DNA from: Octopus sinensis
Taxonomy: Eukaryota
Assembly (NCBI RefSeq): GCF_006345805.1
Contig: NW_021836333.1
Location: 1 to 28,774, forward strand
Direction of reading: 5' to 3'
Length of the DNA: 28,774 bases
Numbering within the stretch: position 1 is the first letter of the stretch; each line of letters starts with the position of its first letter. A model generated the notes under the pieces. It saw only the letters and a program-made list of their open reading frames with translations, was not told the DNA's origin and searched no databases. Below, piece by piece: positions 10,577 to 19,945 of this stretch. The translations under genes and the position numbers were made by a program.

Positions 10577-11430
10577 TCCATCGCTTCCTCTGGTTCTGGC
10601 AGAAATCATCTGTGCTCGGAATGGCCTCCTCCAGATGTAAAAGTTCCCCAGATTTACCATTTGTATCGACTGTGCTCTTAGGATTTCATCAACATGTTAG
10701 GATTTCATCAACATTAATCGGATATAATGATTGCTTTCCGGTATTTAATGCTGCTTCCGTCGCTAATATCTAATTTTCACGGAGTCCACCGGCTATTTGT
10801 GATAGGAATGCCTGATTAGCCACGGTTTTTCTATATATTGGCTGAAGCGATGTTTGGCTAGCAACAATGATAGTGGATACCTGCCGCTGATGAAGCACGA
10901 AAACGCAGAAATGACCCGATCTAGCATTTCTGCCACCGTTACTGGACAATTTTAGTTTGCTATTGATATTTCTATGCTTTTAAGCACTAAATATCAATAC
11001 GAGATGCTCTCTCAAGACGAAAACCGAAGAATTACGGTGTCCTTACAATATATCCATGTTAAATAGAATATGTATGTATGTAAATGTGTATGTATATATG
11101 TATGTATATATGTATGTATATGTATTTATTTATGTACAAATGTGTGTGTGTGTGTGTGTCCGCGTGTGTCTATCGAAGTTACTGCCATACCTACTAACGA
11201 AACTGTGTCTAATATAAAACGGGTGATCTACCGGTGGGAGAGCAAAATTCTTGGGTAGCTTATTTATTTGTGAATTCTATAAAGCTCAGTTGTAATCAGG
11301 GTGGATATATGTAAGATATATATGCAAAAATTATTGACATTAATTCACTTTAATTCTGTTTGGTATCCATGCAAAACAATAAACGACTGCGACATGCCAC
11401 AACAACAACAACTACAACAACAACAACATT

Positions 11431-11652
11431 AATAATAATCCTGTTCACCATAGACACAAGGCCTGAAATTTGGGGGGTCGGGGGTAAGTCGATCACATCG
11501 ACTCCGGGGATTGACGGGTACTTTATTTATCGACCCCGAAAAGATGAAGGGCAAAGTCGACCTCAACGGAATTTGAACTCAGAACGTGAAAACGGAAAAA
11601 ATACCACGAAGCATTTCATCCGGCATGCTAACGATTCTGCCACCTCCACCGC
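11431..11652 (-). mobile_element. SINE family A, monomeric copy with (ATT)n tail
   Basis: Reverse complement GCGGTGGAGGTGGCAGAATCGTTAGCATGCCGGATGAAATGC...GAGTTCAAATTCCGTTGAGGTCGACTTTGCCCTTCATCTTTTCGGGGTCGATAAA...GGCCTTGTGTCTATGGTGAACAGGATTATTATT. Confidence 0.85.
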
Positions 11653-11653
11653 T

Positions 11654-11677
11654 TAATAATGATGATGATGATGATGA

Positions 11678-11729
<52 letters not shown>

Positions 11730-11734
11730 TGATA

Positions 11735-11766
<32 letters not shown>

Positions 11767-11794
11767 TAATAATAATAATAATAATAATATGATA

Positions 11795-11825
<31 letters not shown>

Positions 11826-11853
11826 GATGATAATAATAATGATAATAATAATA

Positions 11854-11902
<49 letters not shown>

Positions 11903-11971
11903 TAATAATAATGATGATAATGATAATAATGACAATAATAATATAATAATATAATAATAATAATAATAATA

Positions 11972-12003
<32 letters not shown>

Positions 12004-12074
12004 AATAATGATAATAATAATAATAATATATAATAATAACAATAATAATGATGATAATGATAATAATGACAATA

Positions 12075-12106
<32 letters not shown>

Positions 12107-12165
12107 TAATAATAATAATAATAATAATGATGATGATGATGATGATGATGATGATAATAATAATG

Positions 12166-12220
<55 letters not shown>
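11654..12220. repeat. (AAT)n/(GAT)n array with ~138-bp higher-order units
   Basis: Marker GATAATGATAATAATGAC with GAC at 11931 and 12068. Confidence 0.9.
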
Positions 12221-12222
<2 letters not shown>

Positions 12223-12770
12223 GCCCTGATGCAGTACCAGGCAGTGGCTCATGGCTTCTGATCTTAACTGATTGGAAGTGTTATCATGTACATTGTTTGT
12301 CTTGGTATAAAAGATGGGGCTACAGCAAATATTCTGCTCAATACCACAGATTTGCTTGTCAGTTGTTTGACCTTAACCAGTGAGCATGTCCCTTAGTGGC
12401 TGACGATATGTGCATCTCTGATCACGAGCAGAAGTAGTGTGGGGGAGCATCATAGCCATGTGTGAGAGGGATTCTTTGGGGTTTGAATAGTTCACCTCTG
12501 GAAACATGGGTGGTTCTTTAAACATCCTAAACAACCCTTTTCAGGGATCGGTTGAGCGGGATGGGCTACTCAACCTGAAGAAAATTCTAACTGGGCCCCA
12601 CCTGCAAGGTCATGTGCTGTTTATCTTGATATGAGATCACCATGTCGCGCACATATGGTGTGATGCATGTGCCTGGTGTACCTTTATCAGACGGGTAGTC
12701 ATGATGGGTATATTGGGCTTCGTATATGTTACCCAGTGTCACTTTGATGGCATGAACTGCTCTCTCACTC
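12221..12770 (+). mobile_element. ~550-bp unclassified interspersed element inside an (AAT)n array, copy 1
   Basis: Highly similar reverse-complement copy at 26480-27026 with the same two ends (ATGCCCTGATGCAG...CTCTCTCACTC). Strand assigned only by analogy with Dong polarity. Confidence 0.85.
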
Positions 12771-12886
12771 AATAATAATAATAATAATGATGATAATGAT
12801 AATAATGACATAATAATAATAATAATAATAATAATAATATAATAATAATGATGATGATGATGATGATGATGATGATAATAATAATG

Positions 12887-12919
<33 letters not shown>

Positions 12920-12947
12920 TAATAATGATGATAATGATAATAATGAC

Positions 12948-12991
<44 letters not shown>

Positions 12992-13085
12992 TGATGATGA
13001 TGATGATGATGATATAATAATGATAATAATAATAATAATAAATAATAATAATAATAATAATAATGATGATAATGATAATAATGAC

Positions 13086-13157
<72 letters not shown>

Positions 13158-13191
13158 GTTGATAATAATAATGATAATAATAATAATAATA

Positions 13192-13230
<39 letters not shown>
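12771..13230. repeat. (AAT)n/(GAT)n array continuing the same higher-order units
   Basis: Marker GAC at 12807, 12945 and 13083. Confidence 0.9.
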
Positions 13231-14009
13231 TTGTCCGAATATGTTGCTGTATATATTTATGTGTGTGCGTGTGTATGTCTCTGTGTGTGTACGGATACCA
13301 GTGTGTGCCTGTGTGTTGCTGTAAGCGTAGCTACGTATGTTTGTATATATGTGCGTATGTGTTGCTGTGTATGTGTGTGTGTGTGTGTGTGTAGTGGGGC
13401 AGTGTGTGAGCGTGGAGGTGGTGGTGGTAGTGGTGGTGGTGGGAGGGGGTTTGCGTTTTTCTCTGATGAAATACGGAATATTCGATCATCGTAGGTTTCC
13501 AGCTTATCGACCCAAATCGAAGATATTCGTAAACGATATGGGGGCAGGTGGAGTGGGAGGAGAGGTTGAAGAGATTGAGGGTGAGGAAGACGAGAAGGAA
13601 GGAGAGGTGTATTGGGAGGGACAGGCAGAGAAGGCAGGGGGTCGGGGGGGAGAGATGGAGAGAGAAGAAATTAATAAAACCATGTCACAAAAGTGTTTTT
13701 GTTTTTCCACCTTCCACCCCTCCTTTACCCCTCCCCAGCCTGATCTACCCCACGTCTACCCTGCTCTATTCTCATTTATTCCACGTCTACCCCTCGCCTG
13801 CCCCATATCCACCCCATGTCTACTCCATATCTACCCGTCATTTAAACTACCCGCACTCACACTCCCTCTCACAACCCACAATACTCCCCTCCGCCCCTCA
13901 CTCATACCCAGATGTCTCGAGACACGGATCCGCCTCGCGGCCGACCCGGCATTGTTTCTTGATTTGTGACCATTCCGACCTCTGACATCCACCCGGGGTA
14001 GCACCTACG

Positions 14010-14155
14010 CTAAACAAACAAACAACAGCGACATCAATAACGAAATTAGCAACAATCACGCCAACAGCGGCAACAACAACAACAACAACAACAACAACAA
14101 AAACAACAACAACAACAGCAGCAGCAGCAACAGTAAACACCAACATCAACAATAA
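14010..14155. repeat. (CAA/CAG)n tract
   Basis: Directly visible. Confidence 0.85.
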
Positions 14156-14387
14156 CACCGGGTGTCCAGTTTCTGACACAAGTAAGGCGTTCTTGTTAAT
14201 AATTTGGTCTGTTAGTCACGTGATGATTGCTGGTGTCTATTTCCGTAATTAGGGAATTAAGGGATTAACAAAAAACAGGGGAGGAGGACAAACGGAGCAA
14301 ATTTGAAATTCTCTGACAAAAAAAAAAAAAAAAAAAGGAAAGGGGGAAATAAATAAACAATAAAAGTCAAAGAAAAAGATCAATTTA

Positions 14388-14535
14388 CACGTGGCTGTAT
14401 GGTGAGAAGTTTGTTTCCCAACCACAAGGTTTCGGGTTCAGTCCTATTCTGTGGCACCTAAGGCAAATGTCTTCTGCTATAACCTCGGGCCGACCAAAGC
14501 CTTGTGAGTAGACAGAAACAGAAAAGAAATCCGCC

Positions 14536-14537
<2 letters not shown>
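14388..14537 (+). mobile_element. SINE family C 5' half, ending at its internal microsatellite
   Basis: CGTGGCTGTATGGTGAGAAGTTTGTTTCCCAACCAC...GGGTTCAGTCCT...GGCACCTAAGGCAAATGTCTTCTGCTATAACCTCGGGCCGACCAAAGCCTTGTGAG; followed by (GT)n(TA)n(GA)n to 14624. Confidence 0.85.
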
Positions 14538-14627
<90 letters not shown>

Positions 14628-14691
14628 TCGGGGTGAGTACTTGATAATTGTAAGCACCTGTATATACCGTTTGGTGGTGTAGGTGGTGGAG

Positions 14692-15010
14692 TAAATTAAT
14701 CAAAATAAAAACATGATGCCAAGGATTCAGCGGTACATATGTTTCGGGCCTTTATTAGACGGATTTATAACAATGCATAATGTATGTCTGTGGCCTTCTT
14801 CAGCCGCGCACAACAACTTCCACAAGGACATGTATTACATCAAAAATTCTACGTTGGGGATGCAAATCCTCTCATTCGCGTACGACATAATGCGGCAACA
14901 GCATAAAAATGAAGCGTCCATCTCGTTCTTCTCTCAATGTAGAATGAGGAAATTTGGATGTTGAAGTAATGTAAATAAATTAATAAATAAATATATACAT
15001 ATATAAATAT
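14692..15010 (-). mobile_element. Hammerhead-bearing repeat P1, left arm of a 319-bp inverted repeat (Penelope-like/retrozyme-type)
   Basis: Reverse complement of 16065-16383 with about 4 differences by eye; the ORF track shows the same 83-aa translation on opposite strands with two substitutions. Confidence 0.8.
14730..14807 (-). ncRNA. Type I hammerhead ribozyme motif (P1, left)
   Basis: Minus strand GCGG-CUGAAGA-A-GGCC...GGCC-C-GAAA-CAUAUG-UA-CCGC: helix I GCGG/CCGC, conserved core, palindromic helix III ACAUAUGU, GUA cleavage triplet. Confidence 0.8.
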
Positions 15011-15630
15011 GTGCGTGTAGACGTGAGTGCGTGGGTCCGTTTCTTTACATGCGTTTGTAGATTTCTTATATACATTTGTTATACATCTTTTAATATCTTA
15101 TATCTATACCTGTATGTGTGGGCATCTGTGTATGTGTATGTAAGGGTATGCGCACACGCACGTATAGACACACAGATATGTGTGTGTGTGCGTGTGGATA
15201 CGTGCGCGTGGGTCCGTGTGTATGTATGTATGCGTGTATGTATGCACACGTGGGTGTGCATGTATGCACACATATATATATGTGCGTGTGCGAGTATGGG
15301 TGTGAGTATACGTGTGTGTATGTATATGTGTATATATGTATATGTATACATGTGCATATATATGTATGCATATGTGTATATGTATATGTATATGCGTATG
15401 TGTGTGTGTGTGTATATATATATATGTACATGTATATTGTCCGTGTATATATATGCATATTCTGTTGTGTGTATATATATATACGCATGTGTGTGTGTAT
15501 GTGTATATGTGTATCTGTATATGTTTACACGTGAGTACGTATGTATGCTTATATGCTTGTAGCTGGGTATGCGTGCGTATATGTGCGCGTGTATATGGGT
15601 GTATGCATCCATGCGGGTACGTATGTACAA
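15011..15630. repeat. Degenerate (GT)/(AT) microsatellite in the spacer of the inverted repeat
   Basis: Directly visible. Confidence 0.9.
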
Positions 15631-16064
15631 GATGACCACTTAATACGTTACGAAGAACTAGATTAGCTGCTCAACATCTCTGATTTACAATACACTAAGT
15701 CCCCAGACGCCCCTGTTGATTTATGACACCCAAGACTTCCACAACCAGAATTTGTCATTTTCCTGACCACCATGTTTGGTCCGTAACTACTATATATCCC
15801 TTATCCTTATATTCTTTTACATTTTTTATTATGTTTATTTCTATTTTTATTTTTATAAATTTATACCTTTATATTCATTTATATTTTTTTATATTTTTTA
15901 TATCTTTTTATATCTCTTTATATCTTTATACTCTACATTTTTATATTTTTCTATACTTAAACTTTTTTTATATATTTTTTATCCTTCGTCCTGAATTCTC
16001 GCCCCTCCATCTTTATCTCTATTTACTCTTATTACCAGGTTCCTTCACGTCTGTCTGCATTTAT

Positions 16065-16383
16065 ATATTTATATATATATATATTTATTTATTAATTTAT
16101 TTACATTACTTCAACATCCAAATTTCCTCATTCTACATTGAGAGAAGAACGAGATGGACGCTTCATTTTTATGCTGTTGCCGCATTATGTCGTACGTGAA
16201 TGAGAGGATTTGCATCCCCAACCAAGAATTTTTGATGTAATACATGTCCTTGTGGAAGTTGTTGTGCGCGGCTGAAGAAGGCCACAGACATACATTATGC
16301 ATTGTTATAAATCCGTCTAATAAAGGCCCGAAACATATGTACCGCTGAATCCTTGGCATCATGTTTTTATTTTGATTAATTTA
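16065..16383 (+). mobile_element. Hammerhead-bearing repeat P1, right arm
   Basis: Inverted copy of 14692-15010, bounded by (TA)n on both sides. Confidence 0.8.
16268..16345 (+). ncRNA. Type I hammerhead ribozyme motif (P1, right)
   Basis: GCGG 16268-16271, CTGAAGA 16272-16278, GGCC/GGCC helix II, GAAA 16330-16333, CATATG, predicted cleavage after GTA at 16341, CCGC 16342-16345. Confidence 0.8.
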
Positions 16384-16497
16384 TATATATATATATATTG
16401 ATAAAAATGGTAAGACAACAAAAGAAAGAAAGAGACCTCGATATTATGTAAATAGAGGAATTTATCTGTAAATGTAATATGTGACAATTATTCGGTA

Positions 16498-16571
16498 GCC
16501 ATGATAAAAAAAACTCCGAGTTTCGGATGCCGAGGTGGAAATCCACGCCGCCATCTCTTCAGTTATCTGGC
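16498..16571 (-). ncRNA. Type I hammerhead-like motif (P2, left arm)
   Basis: Minus strand GCCAGAUAA-CUGAAGA-GAUG...CAUC-C-GAAA-CUCGGAG-UU-(U4)-UUAUC-A-UGGC; a run of 8 U disturbs the helix I register. Confidence 0.6.
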
Positions 16572-16600
16572 CATCGGAAAAATCTGTCCATTTTCCGATG

Positions 16601-16673
16601 GCCGGATAACTGAAGAGATGGCGGCGTGAATTTCACCTCGGCATCCGAAACTCGGAGTTTTTTTTATCATGGC
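16601..16673 (+). ncRNA. Type I hammerhead-like motif (P2, right arm)
   Basis: GATAA 16605-16609, CTGAAGA 16610-16616, helix II GATG/CATC with inner GTGA/TCAC, GAAA 16647-16650, helix III CTCGGAG, GTT triplet, TTATC 16664-16668. Confidence 0.6.
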
Positions 16674-16690
16674 TACCGAATAATTGTCAC

Positions 16691-16737
<47 letters not shown>

Positions 16738-17350
16738 GACAAGAAATAATTTTTGCCTCTTTTTATGGAGACAAAAGGGTTTATAGGACTGCAAAAAAGA
16801 AGTACTCAAATGAAATTGAGACAGAGATACAAAAAGCATTGATTAGAGGTCAGCGACTTTATATAACACCATGCTTCCATACATTTGATCATATATAAAC
16901 ATTACCATGGCCTTCAACATATAAAAGGGATACGTATATATAAAAGCACATATGGTGAAAATATATATGCACATAATAATAAAAAATATATGACATTTTT
17001 TCCTAAGTCGATTTCCTCAATTAAAGTGTCTCGATGTTTCGTTTTTAAAGTGTCTCGATGTTTCGTCCACTTGGCAACCATTATTCTACACAATTTCACG
17101 AGTGTTTGCTTAAGATTTCTTCGGCATTGTAAGATTGTTTCTTATAAGTTGTTCAATTTCTTTGCAAAGGAGGGGCGTCTTCCTCGAAAAATTGTATTTT
17201 CGCTTTTATTCAAATGAAATACGTCAAATTATTTTCTCTTCATATTTATTCAGTCTTTGTGTTAAAACAACCTCATCGTCATCATCATCATCATATCAAA
17301 ACACTATTCAATTTAATTATGTTTCAACTATAATAGTAATTCCCTAATAT

Positions 17351-17393
17351 TCGTAGACAGGTGTTTCGACATGTTTCTGTCTCTTCAGTACAA
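17351..17393 (-). ncRNA. Minimal type I hammerhead ribozyme motif (P3)
   Basis: Minus strand UUGUA-CUGAAGA-GACA-gaaaca-UGUC-GAAA-C-accu-GUC-UACGA: helix I 5 bp with one G-U pair, helix II 4 bp, canonical GUC cleavage triplet. Confidence 0.8.
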
Positions 17394-18147
17394 GCTAATA
17401 AAGAGTCAATCAATTACATTACAATTATTAAAAACAGCAAAAGAAAAACAAAGCAAAACGAAAATATAGAGAGATAGGCCAAAATATTTTAAACAAATAT
17501 TTGATAAAAGAATTGCTGTTCCATGGTTTATTTTGGATCAATTGAAAAGGAAATTCAATCCTGATTGCAACTGTCATATTTTTATATATATTTCCAGGGA
17601 TTGGACTTATTCGATTATCAACGCTAGTGAGCAGCAGATCACCAGTGAGTGTTATGAGAGATCCTAACGTCCCATCCAGGAGTGTCAGAGAGATTTATCT
17701 TCCATCTCTCACTGCACGTAGAGCTTTTTTATTCCAGTTACACCTGAGGTCAATTAGATCAAGATTAAAGAACAGACGTACGATTGTACCTGGGGAATTT
17801 TAACCTGCACATAGGTTAGCGTCCAACTTAACAAGGTACAAACAGATCTGTATGAGTACCTTTGGGTACCTACTGTGCAAGAATTTATGCTTCCTAATTT
17901 CCTAAGAAACCAGTTGATACACGCATAGACATACACGCCACAAAGCCAGTTACCAATGAAACCAACCGATATATCTGCAAACAGACAGGAAGTGTTATTG
18001 CCTCGTCAGAAACATAAAGGCAGTTTTCTAAACGTCAATCTGTTTGACTCCAGAAGAGAACAAGACAATGTGAGAGTTTCCGAGATTTGGCTGCCGGAAA
18101 AACCAGCTAAATTCTTCCCAAATTATTCTCTGCTGTCATAAAAAAGG

Positions 18148-18660
18148 AAAGGACAGTTTGAACGATGTAGTTTTAGATATACTTTACTTAAAATACAGCG
18201 GGGACGAGGCGATAACGAGTGGAACACCTCGTTTAGAGCTGACCCGCAAAAGCAACAACAACAAGGAAGAACATATTAGATAATATAGTCCAATATACAT
18301 AATGCCTAAAGAAAGTCCATGACAGTCATTGCTGGAACACCTTTTGTCATAGGTTTAAGGGTTCGAGACTGACCTGCGACTAAAGAAGAACATCACTGCG
18401 ACGAGGGTGCGTTTATATAGACGTCCACTTTGCCAGAAATAGCAACCAAATCTTGCTCAGTCACGACTTAACAAGTGAAGGACGCTTTTAAATAGCCGTA
18501 AAGGGAAAGGATGCGCAAAGTTGGTCTGTCTTAGATCATATAGGTCGGCTCAGTCAAGGGCTGGCCTGAGCCCTACAACAACAGCAAAGGAAAATACGTT
18601 TGACGATGCAGTCCAAAGGTATATGGTCATGGTTGGAACGCATGTAGCGTACTTTACTGA
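18148..18660 (+). repeat. Three to four degenerate tandem fragments of one retroposon-like 3' end, each finishing in (CAA)n
   Basis: Recurrent AAGGAA(A)G...GATRYAGT...GGTCAT(G/T)G(C/T)TGGAAC...TCATAGGT...GCTGACC...CAACAAC blocks starting near 18148, 18263, 18420 and 18586. Confidence 0.4.
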
Positions 18661-18856
18661 TGAATCATGGTTACCCACGATCTAAGCTATAATATCAAAA
18701 CCAATACTATCATCACAATTGTCAACAACAGAAGCTATATCGCCCATACAATTCATATCTACCTGGAGCGGATCAGTCATGGTGGGTGGCCTTGTCTTTC
18801 ACGATAAACGAGAATCGCCGTAAGGTCGATAATGTATGGAGGAAACACGGACGAAA

Positions 18857-18883
18857 CGGAAGTGGGAAGTGGCAAGATGGCGG
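18857..18883 (+). promoter_or_regulatory. Tandem ETS-type GGAAGTG sites plus YY1-type AAGATGGCGG overlapping an ATG
   Basis: CGGAAGTG 18857-18864, GGAAGTG 18865-18871, CAAGATGGCGG 18873-18883, in locally CpG-richer unique DNA. Confidence 0.45.
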
Positions 18884-18909
18884 AATTAATCAGGTCTTTA
18901 AATCTGACA
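18877..18909 (+). CDS. Candidate first coding exon, MAELIRSLNLT, phase-0 intron follows
   Basis: AAG-ATG-G initiation context, 11 codons, then donor GTAAGT at 18910-18915; no downstream exon identified. Confidence 0.35.
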
Positions 18910-19183
18910 GTAAGTATGCTGAACTAAGTGAACCAACTCTCGCCAATATTTCCAGATCTTTTCAGTTGGGTAACAACGGAAATATTTCAGCTACAAAACA
19001 CTTCAAAAATTTCCCTGATAACCAAATAGACGCGTTTTGTATTTTGACCGACATTTTTGGTGATAAAACTGTAATCAAAGAGAAGCAAATGTGGAAGGCA
19101 AGGGGGGGGGAGATGGAAAGATACGTACACACACACGCACACACACGCACACACATACATACATACATACATACATACATACA

Positions 19184-19217
<34 letters not shown>

Positions 19218-19220
19218 CAT

Positions 19221-19254
<34 letters not shown>

Positions 19255-19499
19255 ACATTTATATATATATATATTTATATGTATGCAGAGACACACTCAC
19301 ACACACAGGTTTGCATATACACACGCAAACGTATTTGTACGTCTGAGACAGAAATTAATGCAATTTTTATTTGCATTGCTTTCTGACTCACCTTTGTATA
19401 TCAGTATACATGAATTTGCCTCTCCCCCTTCTCCCCCCTCTCTCTCTCCCTCACTCTCTGTATTTATATATATATATATCTTTTCTTTTCTGGTTTCAG

Positions 19500-19945
<446 letters not shown>

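Larger units (their letters stand above)
16475..16696. repeat. 222-bp palindrome (arms ~107 bp, spacer ~9 nt) of hammerhead-bearing repeat P2
   Basis: TAATATGTGACAATTATTCGG...CCATCGGAAAA / ATCTGTCCA / TTTTCCGATGG...CCGAATAATTGTCACATATTA; about 3 differences between arms. Confidence 0.95.

Noticed and set aside
10678-10714. 18-bp direct repeat TTAGGATTTCATCAACAT twice; CRISPR-like?
   Set aside because: Only two copies 1 bp apart with no spacers, in eukaryotic context; a simple slippage duplication. No CRISPR array in the window.
10600-10773. Possible exon after (TTTC)n with GGCAG acceptor
   Set aside because: The pyrimidine tract is just a microsatellite, the frame ends in a stop with no recognisable protein similarity, and it includes a tandem duplication.
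10887-10933. CTGATGA followed by hairpin GCAGAAATG/CATTTCTGC as a possible hammerhead
   Set aside because: No proper helix II, GAAA is sequestered in the hairpin, and there is no helix I complement.
12400-12600. CTGACGA and CTGAAGA inside the 550-bp element; HDV-like ribozyme at its ends
   Set aside because: No GAAA in register after a stem, and I could not find a P1/P2/P3 pseudoknot pattern by eye at either terminus.
13916-13943. Close XhoI, BamHI and EagI sites suggesting vector polylinker contamination
   Set aside because: Spacing sequences do not resemble a polylinker and the flanks are continuous with genomic low-complexity DNA; likely chance in a GC patch.
14713-14964. 83-aa ORF MMPRIQRY... 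duplicated at 16111-16362
   Set aside because: It is antisense to the hammerhead within the inverted repeat, has no recognisable motif, and its duplication is explained by the repeat.
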